A DNA stretch of 20,156 bases from contig JAHQJS010000001.1 of the NCBI GenBank assembly GCA_019057385.1, positions 158,941 through 179,096 on the forward strand, given 5' to 3'. Shown piece after piece: positions 1 through 7,940 of the stretch (its first letter is position 1; each line of letters starts with the position of its first letter). This DNA is from Candidatus Borrarchaeum weybense. GTDB taxonomy: Archaea > Asgardarchaeota > Sifarchaeia > Borrarchaeales > Borrarchaeaceae. Position numbers and translations under genes: made by a program. The notes below the pieces were generated by a model that was not told where the DNA came from, ran no database searches, and saw nothing but the letters and a program-made list of their open reading frames with translations.

Positions 1-180
1 CTCTTCATACCAGGATAAATAATCATCAAGACACTTAATCTTTTTAGGAAGGAGTTCTTGGCAAGTGGTAAAGTATGGAGGATCAGTTACTATTAACTTG
101 ATGCTTTTATCTGGAATTTTAGGCATCAGGTCAATGGAATTTCCTTTGATAATTTTATTAGTAAACTTGTCTATATCCAT
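1..180 (-). CDS. DNA adenine/N4-cytosine methyltransferase (beta class), N-terminal part; runs off the window
   Basis: Manual translation from ATG at 180: MDIDKFTNKIIKGNSIDLMPKIPDKSIKLIVTDPPYFTTCQ...; has the 'I..G.S...M..IPD.SI.LIVTDPPY' motif IV signature of N6_N4_Mtase. Confidence 0.88.
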   Translation of the reverse strand, partial: MDIDKFTNKIIKGNSIDLMPKIPDKSIKLIVTDPPYFTTCQELLPKKIKCLDDYLSWYEE

Positions 181-314
181 CCCAAAACCTGAAGAAGGGC
201 GACCTCTATAACTACTAAAGTGCAGATAAATTCGGTGCTTCCTATTCCATGTACAGGATCATTCATCCATTCCGTCCAGTTTACTTTCCTTAGTTTTCTT
301 ATTATATGCCGCAT
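171..314 (-). CDS. small hypothetical membrane protein (47 aa)
   Basis: Not in the ORF track. MRHIIRKLRKVNWTEWMNDPVHGIGSTEFICTLVVIEVALLQVLGWI*; AAGGAG RBS; hydrophobic C-terminus; stop overlaps the MTase start. Confidence 0.6.
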   Translation of the reverse strand: MRHIIRKLRKVNWTEWMNDPVHGIGSTEFICTLVVIEVALLQVLGWI

Positions 315-328
315 ATCGTCTCCTTTAA

Positions 329-1819
329 TTATACAATTGATACGCTGGAACTCTTATGGAAATCCCGAATGTACTCCATAGTTTCTTGCACAAGATTAAA
401 CCTAGGACCACGCCGTTCAATCACTCTTTCTTCCATTGAATTTTCTAAGACAAAGTCAACAACTAAACACTTCTTCGTTTGCCCCTTTCTACGAATCCTC
501 CCAATGCATTGCTTTCTCATCTTTGGTGAGGAAAATGGAGAGAAGAATATAACCACATCAGCGACATAGGCATCAAATCCTTCACTCGCAATTGTAGCTT
601 GTGATAAAAGAACCTTATCTTTTTTATCTTCAGAAAAACGAGTAATCTCTTCTTCTTTTCTTATGTCTCCCTGTCCTCCATAAACAGAACAGAAAGGAAT
701 TTTCGCTTTTCTAAGAGCCTTTTCAATTATTTCTCTTTCTTCAGTATACCAATAAAACAAAACTACTTTTGAAGCAGTATCTTCAAGAAAATCAAGGAGA
801 GCTTCGATCTTTGGATTTTTTGATAATCTAAGAACAGACTTATTCTCACCATAATAAATAAATCCGCTTGGTAGTTCTCGCAATGCATGAGCCTTAGCTT
901 TTATTTTACCACCAATTTTAACATTGGTTCCAGGAATTCTTAAAGGTTTGTTAGTTATGATATCTTCTTGAACTTGAAGGAATTGATCCGAAGGATGCAA
1001 ATACCTAACAATTTCGTTTACCTCAGGCAAATCAAAGCATTCCTCCATATCAAAACTAAGAGTAACATCAGAGATCCTATCCAGTATTTCTTCTTCGCAT
1101 CCTTCTTTGAGTATCCATTCAGGCCACTTTCTTCCGTACTTACTTCCCTGCATTATTTTATCAAAGTATTTGTAACGATAACTAAAGAAATTCGATCCAA
1201 GTGACTTTCCCAAGTCAATAGCTTTGAATATATTGAATAACTCTAGATAACTCTTATCAATAGGAGTTCCTGTTAAGCCAATAACATGATCGGCTCTTGC
1301 AGATATAGCACAACATAGAATAGATTGAAGAGCATCATAATTCTTACATTTATGTACTTCATCCAATACTAGTCCATCAAATCCATGAATGAATGAACTC
1401 TCTATCATTCTCCATCCAACTTTCTTAAATAGTTTCGCGTAGATGGTCTTCAATCCTTCAAAGTTAATCACAAACACATCCTTTTTCTTCTTGAGTAGTT
1501 TTTTCCTATCCCGGCCTCCTCCTATAAGAAACTCATAGGAAAAGTCTGTATGATATCTTAAGTCTCTTCGCCAGGAACTAAATGCTGAGGATGGGCATAC
1601 TACCAGAGTCTTCTGACAATCCCAGAGTTTGAGCGTATGCAAAGCAGTCAGAGTCTTTCCAGTTCCAACGTCATGGAAAAACGCTACTCGGTCACGCTTA
1701 GCAGCAAAAGCCAGAGAGACTAGTTGGTGCCACATGGGCTCAAGAGGAAAGTCTATATCTGAAAAGATATACTGTAGTTCCTCTTTTGTCAGAGATTTAT
1801 AATCAAGAGTATCTATCAT
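329..1819 (-). CDS. SNF2/DEAD-box superfamily 2 helicase
   Basis: Motif I DVGTGKT, Ia VVCP, II LDEVH, III LTGTP, C-terminal EGFD and QCIGRIRRKGQ (motif VI). Confidence 0.93.
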   Translation of the reverse strand: MIDTLDYKSLTKEELQYIFSDIDFPLEPMWHQLVSLAFAAKRDRVAFFHDVGTGKTLTALHTLKLWDCQKTLVVCPSSAFSSWRRDLRYHTDFSYEFLIGGGRDRKKLLKKKKDVFVINFEGLKTIYAKLFKKVGWRMIESSFIHGFDGLVLDEVHKCKNYDALQSILCCAISARADHVIGLTGTPIDKSYLELFNIFKAIDLGKSLGSNFFSYRYKYFDKIMQGSKYGRKWPEWILKEGCEEEILDRISDVTLSFDMEECFDLPEVNEIVRYLHPSDQFLQVQEDIITNKPLRIPGTNVKIGGKIKAKAHALRELPSGFIYYGENKSVLRLSKNPKIEALLDFLEDTASKVVLFYWYTEEREIIEKALRKAKIPFCSVYGGQGDIRKEEEITRFSEDKKDKVLLSQATIASEGFDAYVADVVIFFSPFSSPKMRKQCIGRIRRKGQTKKCLVVDFVLENSMEERVIERRGPRFNLVQETMEYIRDFHKSSSVSIV

Positions 1820-2743
1820 TTAATAATTTGAGGTGATAGTTAGATGGAAAGGATCAGAGCACTCATTTCTTCTATTCCATAAATAGGAATCTACTTGCTC
1901 ACAACTACAGTCCGCAAGATCCGCTATCTCCTTACAGGCTACTATAGTAGCGGCTCTAATTTCACATTCACCTGGACTGTTTTCAGGAAGGTGCAGATTA
2001 TTGTCCACCATATCAGCTAAGTTATGGGCATATCCAATACATCCCAACATTCTCAATATCTTCGGCACTTGATAATCTGCTGGAACAGGTACTTCCTTTA
2101 TCCCTTTATCAAATATTCCGATCCTTCTATGCATTTGCATGATAAACAAGAAGGTGCGCTTCAAGAACAAATCCCTTGAGAATCCCGGGAATGAAGTTAT
2201 AATGTAGTCAAGCCATTGATGAATATTATAATCCTCCCTTTGAACAGATATCTCAATCATGGATAATAGATCGAATTTCTTTAATATTTCTGTAAGATGT
2301 CTTATCCTTTGGTCTATCAAAGGAAAGCGTTCTCTACTTATTCGCTCACAAAAATCTCCAATAATTATTTCCAATTCATGATGCGGATGATACTGCGCCT
2401 TTTTCTTCAATTCCATTAGATAAAGAAAGCTCGCATCCAAGAGATCATACATCTTAGAAGAGTTTGCTCCAATAGGACGTATGGTATGTTTACCAAACCA
2501 ATAGCAGTAGTTAACTGAACTAGCTATGAGCTCATACAAAAATAATGTTTTAACTGCGTCTTTGCTCTTTGGATTAATACACTTTGGATACCAATTAGCA
2601 ATTTGATGTTTCTTCTTTTCCTTTATCCATTTTTTAACAGAGTGAGCCACAACATCAATGCCTGTATCACTAATAGATACAAACTCAGCATTGGCCACAA
2701 ATTCATGTGCTAAAGATAATGTATCTTCAATTATCTTACTCAT
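1820..2743 (-). CDS. qng1: queuosine 5'-phosphate N-glycosylase/hydrolase family (Qng1/DUF2419, Q-salvage)
   Basis: Family motifs in the correct order: SVNYCYW (LNFCFW), FLKR (FYKRAQ), PADYQVPKILR.LG.I.Y (ADY..P..L..LG...Y), ECEIRAATI, VDSYLW, PFHLTITSNY C-terminus (PYHRTRTIFY); GGAGGAG RBS. Confidence 0.85.
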   Translation of the reverse strand: MSKIIEDTLSLAHEFVANAEFVSISDTGIDVVAHSVKKWIKEKKKHQIANWYPKCINPKSKDAVKTLFLYELIASSVNYCYWFGKHTIRPIGANSSKMYDLLDASFLYLMELKKKAQYHPHHELEIIIGDFCERISRERFPLIDQRIRHLTEILKKFDLLSMIEISVQREDYNIHQWLDYIITSFPGFSRDLFLKRTFLFIMQMHRRIGIFDKGIKEVPVPADYQVPKILRMLGCIGYAHNLADMVDNNLHLPENSPGECEIRAATIVACKEIADLADCSCEQVDSYLWNRRNECSDPFHLTITSNY

Positions 2744-2758
2744 TAAACTCCTCCAAAC

Positions 2759-2841
2759 TACTCCCCAGTAATTTGAACCCGCACGTTCCTATCGAACAAA
2801 GAATTTTGAATCCTTCGCGTCTGCCATTCCACCACTTGGCC
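2759..2841 (-). pseudogene. tRNA-Leu(CAA) pseudogene, broken after the T-loop (probable chimera with the 3' end of another tRNA)
   Basis: GGCCAAG-TG-GTGGAATGGCAGACGC-G-AAGGA-TTCAAAA-TTCTT, long variable arm (GTTC/GAAC), GCGGG-TTCAAAT; then TACTGGGGAGTA instead of the expected CCCGC-CTTGGCC-A, so the T stem and acceptor stem cannot form. Confidence 0.8.
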
Positions 2842-2843
2842 AA

Positions 2844-2914
2844 GGTGACCAACGGGATTTGAACCCGTACTCGCAGGATCACAACCTACTGTGCTACCCT
2901 TACACCATGGCCAC
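2844..2914 (-). tRNA. tRNA-His(GTG)
   Basis: Full cloverleaf: GTGGCCA/TGGTCAC acceptor, GTGT/GCAC D stem, GTAGG-TTGTGAT-CCTGC anticodon arm, ACGGG-TTCAAAT-CCCGT T arm, C73 discriminator; no encoded CCA. Confidence 0.93.
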
Positions 2915-2916
2915 AA

Positions 2917-2988
2917 CGGGTCGCCAAGGATTCGAACCCTGAACAACGGATTTGGAATCCGTTATGATAACCATTTCACCAACGACCC
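2917..2988 (-). tRNA. tRNA-Trp(CCA)
   Basis: GGGTCGT/GCGACCC acceptor, GTGA/TCAT D stem, ACGGA-TTCCAAA-TCCGT anticodon arm, CAGGG-TTCGAAT-CCTTG T arm, G73; no encoded CCA. Confidence 0.92.
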
Positions 2989-2995
2989 AGTTATC

Positions 2996-3292
2996 CTATA
3001 CCTCCGGGTAATCCACCATAGATAGAATTTGATCTAACTCTTCTAAACTCGAGTTCCGCATCTGCATCCCACGAACTTTATTATACTCAGATAAAAACTT
3101 TTCAGCTTCGTTTCTATCATTCCACAATCCAAGCATATCCTCAGGCTTCTGAGTAATCATCCCAACAAAAATTTGAATTTTCCCATCTCTGTGGAGAAAC
3201 CAGCCCGAGGTAGAAGAATTCACCTCAACTTCACGTCTATCTACAATACAATAAAATCCCGGATGTTTTTTATACTCTTCAACTACAAACAT
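2996..3292 (-). CDS. hypothetical phage protein
   Basis: 98 aa ORF coupled to the upstream gene by a TAATG overlap, GGAGG RBS. Confidence 0.7.
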   Translation of the reverse strand: MFVVEEYKKHPGFYCIVDRREVEVNSSTSGWFLHRDGKIQIFVGMITQKPEDMLGLWNDRNEAEKFLSEYNKVRGMQMRNSSLEELDQILSMVDYPEV

Positions 3293-3990
3293 TAATCCTC
3301 CGAAATATCGAATTTTCTAAATTTTTCAGGATGTTCTTTATACTCCTTTTCCACCTCTTCAGCTCTTCCCACAATTTCTTTCAACTTTCCATCCCTCATT
3401 TCAGGAGTACCACAAAAACTAATCTCATCTAAAACAGCTGAAATCAGCTCGTATAAAGTAATATCTACATCTCCCTCAACATGCTTCTTATAATATGCCC
3501 TTCCTTGAGGAGGCGTGACCGTTTCCCCTAACTCAAAATGATTATTTATCTTAAGAGGTAAATCTTTTAGTTCATTCAATGGAGTAAATTCTACAGCATA
3601 AGAAGTAATGCCATGTTCATCCTTCTTACCAATTCCGTGAAAACCTAAAAATATATCAATTGAGTTGTTAAAATCCCAACGTTCTGCTCCTCTTGATACT
3701 TCTAAATATTCTATCTCTTCTTCCTCTTTCTTATTCTCAACAGACCTTTTCATATCATCTATATACAATTGCAAATCGTAGTGACCAAGTTGTGAATCAA
3801 AAAGCATATCAAAATATGTTTTCTCTTTCTCAATCCAGCGAAAAAGATCTCCTAATGTAAAATCATCACTGAGCGCAACCACGTTATTGAGATATGGAAT
3901 AAGATGAGGCACTTCCCATTCCTTATATCTTTCTTCGTCTGGCTCAAAATCATTCGTTCTTATAATTCTATCTTTTGTTAATTTGATCAT
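3292..3990 (-). CDS. hypothetical acidic phage protein
   Basis: 232 aa ORF in operon, no recognised motif. Confidence 0.8.
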   Translation of the reverse strand: MIKLTKDRIIRTNDFEPDEERYKEWEVPHLIPYLNNVVALSDDFTLGDLFRWIEKEKTYFDMLFDSQLGHYDLQLYIDDMKRSVENKKEEEEIEYLEVSRGAERWDFNNSIDIFLGFHGIGKKDEHGITSYAVEFTPLNELKDLPLKINNHFELGETVTPPQGRAYYKKHVEGDVDITLYELISAVLDEISFCGTPEMRDGKLKEIVGRAEEVEKEYKEHPEKFRKFDISED

Positions 3991-3991
3991 A

Positions 3992-4171
3992 CTACTTTCC
4001 TTTTACAGATAGTTTGAAATCACATCCACAAACTCCACACTCAACAGGGATGTGAGGTAAGCTATACGCCTGACGCAACTTATCTATTGGATCTTTCCAA
4101 GTAACATGCTCCTCCCCGCAGGATGGACATGTCCAATGATAAGCTTCCACTATTTCCGCAATAATCTTCAT
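3992..4171 (-). CDS. small zinc-ribbon protein (59 aa)
   Basis: Not in the ORF track. MKIIAEIVEAYHWTCPSCGEEHV...VECGVCGCDFKLSVKGK*; two CxxC pairs; ATGA overlap with the upstream stop; fills the gap exactly. Confidence 0.75.
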   Translation of the reverse strand: MKIIAEIVEAYHWTCPSCGEEHVTWKDPIDKLRQAYSLPHIPVECGVCGCDFKLSVKGK

Positions 4172-4389
4172 ATTCCAATTCCTTCCTCAACGAAACAATC
4201 ACCAGGCCCCTCTGCCCAGCTATCCAAATACGCTTGAGCTACTTCCTCATCCTCAAACTGTACTGGTTGTAAATCTGGAGGAAGCGTTCCATCTTGTTTA
4301 TGGTACTCAAAGAAACCAAATCCCAGACATTCTCCCATGAATAATCCCAAAGATTCTGAACGAATATAATATACCACTTTAGCTATCAT
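4168..4389 (-). CDS. hypothetical protein
   Basis: 73 aa ORF with ATGA overlaps on both sides. Confidence 0.7.
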   Translation of the reverse strand: MIAKVVYYIRSESLGLFMGECLGFGFFEYHKQDGTLPPDLQPVQFEDEEVAQAYLDSWAEGPGDCFVEEGIGI

Positions 4390-4745
4390 TTATACCAAAT
4401 TATTAAACCGGCCAAAACAATAAAATGTGCTAACTGGTCCATGTATAGGCACGCTTTCCAGCTGCGTGATCCTTCTTTCGCCTTCAACTTCTCAATTTTT
4501 CTGCATTTCCAAACGTCAATAATCCAATGCGAACCAAGCAAGAGTAACAAACCAAAGTAAGGAAAGTTAAAAGGATTCGTCCAACCTAACAATACCCATC
4601 CAACAACTCCGGTGTAAAGGATACAATGAGCAAGCATATAATACCATTCACGTCCTTTGTTCGCAGCTATATAAGATGATTTAAATGCGAAATCACCAAC
4701 AAAATGAGCGAAAATCATCAACCATACAAATACCTCAAAGGTCAT
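4386..4745 (-). CDS. DUF3307-family membrane protein
   Basis: AHFVGDF ... AHCILY ... SHWIID ... DQLAH motif pattern with intervening TM helices. Confidence 0.8.
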   Translation of the reverse strand: MTFEVFVWLMIFAHFVGDFAFKSSYIAANKGREWYYMLAHCILYTGVVGWVLLGWTNPFNFPYFGLLLLLGSHWIIDVWKCRKIEKLKAKEGSRSWKACLYMDQLAHFIVLAGLIIWYK

Positions 4746-6115
4746 TGCTGTTCCTCCTCATCAAACCTCAATGGCCAGCAATCTAAACACAACTGGCCAA
4801 CTTTAAGATTTCTACTTACTACACAACCAAATTTTTGTGGTCCTGATCTATTAACAAGCACAAAGGCTTGCATAAGGCCATGTCTTGCCTGTCTCTTATC
4901 CGCTCCAAAGAATAAACCCAGATCAATGTTGCCTAACTTCCTAGCATCCTCCGCAGCGGCTCCAGCTTCACTTATATTTTTCTTTTCCAACCAGGCCGTC
5001 TTAATCTGACTTGCTGTTACTACAGCTATGTTGCGCTCATCAGCTATTCGCTTCAACTGAATATATGCCTCATTTATTTGATCCCTACCTTGACTAGCCG
5101 GAGGCATATTCATCTTCTCAACATAATCATTTATAAGTATATCCGGAACAAATCGCTTAAAAGTTTCGAGATAATCTAGATATCTTTCAATCTCTCCAAT
5201 GGTACAAGATCCCATTGGATACTTCTTAATATACGCTCTTCCTCCAAATCTTCTTACTCTATCCCGAACTTCTCCAACAGCTTCAAGATTCCATATAGTA
5301 TCTCTAATTATCGAAGACGATTCTAAATATTTTCCCTCATTATCATAGATCTTGAATTCTACCTCTTCCTCATGCTCTTCACTAGTTAAGCTTCCGAACA
5401 TCATATCGTGTCTCTGTTCATATTCTTCCTGAGACGCCTCATGAGAAATTTCTACTATATTCCTTCCTGCTATAATACCCTCTTTAGCTATCTGGCAACA
5501 ACCCCAAGTTTTTCCAACTTTGAAACCCGCGAAGATGCAAATAAGCTGAGACCTTTTTATTCCTTTAATCCCGTTATCTATAATCGGAATTCCCGTTGGA
5601 CAAATAATCTCCTTAAATCCTTCATTATGATATGACGGTGGAAAATTCCCAGGATACTCAATTCCTTCTTCCTCTGAGGGAATTCCGGCTTTGAGAGCTT
5701 TTTGAAGCATCGCTCGAGCTTCGTCAAATTGCCCTCTCTCAACTAACGGTGCCGCATCAATTAAAGTCGCCTGAAGTTCCTGTGCTTGAATAAATTTGCT
5801 GAACTTCGCCATAACATACTTCTTGTTTGGCGGCTCCATGTTACATACACGTTCAACATAATTATAATATCGACTCCTCTTCTCCTCATCAGCTTTATGT
5901 AAAAATCCAACTAATTCATCCCAAAAATGATCTCCGGGAGCAACATGGAATTGGTCATAGCAGTTATAACAAAGATTCATCACGTCTCTTGTTACTTGCG
6001 AACCAAAGTATGGGATTTTAACAGCATACCGAGCCATTTTAAGAAAGTCGGTATCAGTTATTGACAGGAAAACAAAACAGTCCTGAAGGTGCTGCGAAAC
6101 AACTTTTTCATTCAT
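4742..6115 (-). CDS. DnaB-like replicative helicase (phage SF4, T4 gp41-like architecture)
   Basis: CPTGIPIIDNGIKG, Walker A variant AGFKVGKT, ISHE (H1a), INDYVEKM (H2), VVTASQ (H3), NRSG. Confidence 0.85.
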   Translation of the reverse strand: MNEKVVSQHLQDCFVFLSITDTDFLKMARYAVKIPYFGSQVTRDVMNLCYNCYDQFHVAPGDHFWDELVGFLHKADEEKRSRYYNYVERVCNMEPPNKKYVMAKFSKFIQAQELQATLIDAAPLVERGQFDEARAMLQKALKAGIPSEEEGIEYPGNFPPSYHNEGFKEIICPTGIPIIDNGIKGIKRSQLICIFAGFKVGKTWGCCQIAKEGIIAGRNIVEISHEASQEEYEQRHDMMFGSLTSEEHEEEVEFKIYDNEGKYLESSSIIRDTIWNLEAVGEVRDRVRRFGGRAYIKKYPMGSCTIGEIERYLDYLETFKRFVPDILINDYVEKMNMPPASQGRDQINEAYIQLKRIADERNIAVVTASQIKTAWLEKKNISEAGAAAEDARKLGNIDLGLFFGADKRQARHGLMQAFVLVNRSGPQKFGCVVSRNLKVGQLCLDCWPLRFDEEEQQ

Positions 6116-6140
6116 TTTTTATTCCTTTGAGGGATACAAC

Positions 6141-6389
6141 TTATCCTAAGTCTCCAAGCAACTTCCTAAGGTATTGGTTTTCTCTACGAGTTGCTTCAAG
6201 ATCAAAAAGAAGATATTTGATACACACCCGAAGATAATCAAGTGATTCTTGTAGTTTGTTGATGCTCTTCTCGAGCTTCTCACGATTTTCCTGTGCTTGC
6301 TTCGCGAGCTTCGCATGTTGAGAATTTGGTGTGTTTTCAAACTCTTTAATAATCTCGTTGAGGCTATCTTCAATGTTTGATTCATCCAT
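6141..6389 (-). CDS. coiled-coil hypothetical protein resembling a conserved Planctomycetota small protein
   Basis: LQESLDYLRVCIKYLLFDLEATRRENQYLRKLL matches a conserved motif I recall from planctomycete hypothetical proteins (not verified by search). Confidence 0.7.
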   Translation of the reverse strand: MDESNIEDSLNEIIKEFENTPNSQHAKLAKQAQENREKLEKSINKLQESLDYLRVCIKYLLFDLEATRRENQYLRKLLGDLG

Positions 6390-6627
6390 TGCTTTTCTCT
6401 CCTCTGATTAGTAGAATTCCCAGTTTATAAATGATGTAAGAGTATATCAAAACAGCTATGGGGCCTATCGCCCAGGTAACGAGACACACGAAAAAAGCGT
6501 TGCCGAGTTCTGGATCAACTAATTTTCGTTTTTCCGCAAACCCGAAGAGAATGCCCATGAGCACTGTTTCCATTAAAGCTGTTATACAACATGCTCCCCA
6601 AATATTTCCGATCATTTTCCACCTCAA
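6382..6627 (-). CDS. small two-TM membrane protein
   Basis: Two hydrophobic stretches; overlaps neighbours in operon style. Confidence 0.6.
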   Translation of the reverse strand: MRWKMIGNIWGACCITALMETVLMGILFGFAEKRKLVDPELGNAFFVCLVTWAIGPIAVLIYSYIIYKLGILLIRGEKSNG

Positions 6628-6983
6628 TATCCAAGTAGTTCTCTTGCTCGATTCAATATATCTATCTCGTTATCTTTCGTTCGTGAGTAGCCTCCAGGAA
6701 ATTTTCCTTTTTGGATGTACTCTAAATCTCCCATCACAGGATTTTCAAGACCCATTATTTTTAGAATATTAGTAGCCCCGCGAATCCATTTAACAGCTTT
6801 GCATTTTTCATCAACATGTTTTTCAAGTATCTTTTGCACTTTATCTGGATCTTTCGACTCAAACTTCTTCCCACACAAGTCACACTTAGTCTTATAGATG
6901 ACCTCTACTTCAAGACCCAAAGATTTAAGCTTCTCAAGCTTCTCTGGAGAAAGTTGCTTAATTTCCATTCTTTTCCTTCTCAT
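6624..6983 (-). CDS. zinc-finger hypothetical protein
   Basis: CDLC ... H....C pattern. Confidence 0.7.
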   Translation of the reverse strand: MRRKRMEIKQLSPEKLEKLKSLGLEVEVIYKTKCDLCGKKFESKDPDKVQKILEKHVDEKCKAVKWIRGATNILKIMGLENPVMGDLEYIQKGKFPGGYSRTKDNEIDILNRARELLGY

Positions 6984-7170
6984 CTAGCTTCCTGTAATCA
7001 GTTTGATAAAATCCAGAACCTCTAAAAATAATTCCCGAACCTGCTCCAATAAGTCGGGTTAGTTTGTTCTTCTTACATTTTGGGCATCTCTTCTTGGGCT
7101 TAGCCGTTATCTTTTGAAAAGCTTCGAACTTATGCCCGCAGGAATTACACGCGTACTCGTACGTCGGCAT
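6958..7170 (-). CDS. FmdB-family zinc ribbon protein (CxxC_CxxC_SSSS)
   Basis: MPTYEYACNSCGHKFEAFQKI...CPKC...LIGAGSGIIFRGSGFYQTDYR is the canonical family signature. Confidence 0.93.
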   Translation of the reverse strand: MPTYEYACNSCGHKFEAFQKITAKPKKRCPKCKKNKLTRLIGAGSGIIFRGSGFYQTDYRKLDEKEKNGN

Positions 7171-7591
7171 TCTCTACCTCTTCTGCCTTAGAGTTTTTAC
7201 GTGCATAATCCTTAGGCCACTGCCCAAAGGTTTCACGAAACTTATTCCATATCTTTGTGCGGCATTCTTTGTTGAGTTTAGCGCCCTCTTCACTAAGGGC
7301 TTGCCAAAACCATTCTCTCGCATCTGGAGTTTGAAGTGCACGATCTAAGGCGAGCTTCTTACCCAAAACCTTATCATATTTGTCTCCGATGTATTGCTTA
7401 ACTGTAGCGGAGCACACAACAGTGCCTTTAGCAAGGCTGACATCCTTGAAAATCTTTATGGTACACATAGTATCTATAAGAGTAACCTCTACCATTTTCT
7501 TCGGGTCAGTTTTGCTCCTTTTAGTAGTCTTGTGCGGTATCTTGGTAAAATAAATAACATAGGCCAAATCATCATCTACTCTGACTATCAT
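7145..7591 (-). CDS. hypothetical phage protein
   Basis: 148 aa ORF; 'D.YDKVLGKKLALDRAL...R.KIW..F' motif of a common small phage family; AAGGAG RBS. Confidence 0.75.
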   Translation of the reverse strand: MIVRVDDDLAYVIYFTKIPHKTTKRSKTDPKKMVEVTLIDTMCTIKIFKDVSLAKGTVVCSATVKQYIGDKYDKVLGKKLALDRALQTPDAREWFWQALSEEGAKLNKECRTKIWNKFRETFGQWPKDYARKNSKAEEVENADVRVRV

Positions 7592-7940
7592 ATCGTCTCC
7601 TTTTCATTTTTTCATTTTCTTCAACTCTCTCAACCAGGTCTTCTACTTGTCTTTTATACATAACCCCTGAGAGCTCAATTATAATATCATGAATTTTTCT
7701 ATCCTGAATATCTAGTGATTCCTCTTTCTTTGCTTCCTCGCGGACAACATCGTCCACAATATTCTTAAGACTTTGAGGAAAACCTACACGCTTTGCTATC
7801 ATATGTCCCCAAACAAGACTAAATATGTCTGCCCATTCAACACCACAAATACGAAGAACAGCGATAATATCCACGTCGCTCACCGATGTTGATGTTAACA
7901 TTTTTAATACCTCCTCAGGATCATATCCAGACTTAAACAT
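7572..7940 (-). CDS. hypothetical protein (start probably MFKSG at 7940 rather than 7997)
   Basis: ATG at 7940 overlaps the TAA of the upstream ORF (ATGTTTAA), with GGAG upstream. Confidence 0.65.
   Translation of the reverse strand: MFKSGYDPEEVLKMLTSTSVSDVDIIAVLRICGVEWADIFSLVWGHMIAKRVGFPQSLKNIVDDVVREEAKKEESLDIQDRKIHDIIIELSGVMYKRQVEDLVERVEENEKMKRRRYDSQSR

Noticed and set aside
1-1819. Helicase plus methyltransferase as a type III R-M or DISARM-like system
   Set aside because: The helicase is a stand-alone phage SNF2 type with no nuclease domain, and the MTase looks like an orphan phage enzyme; downstream context is outside the window
2758-2946. 62-aa ORF in the track
   Set aside because: It is the tRNA array read as protein
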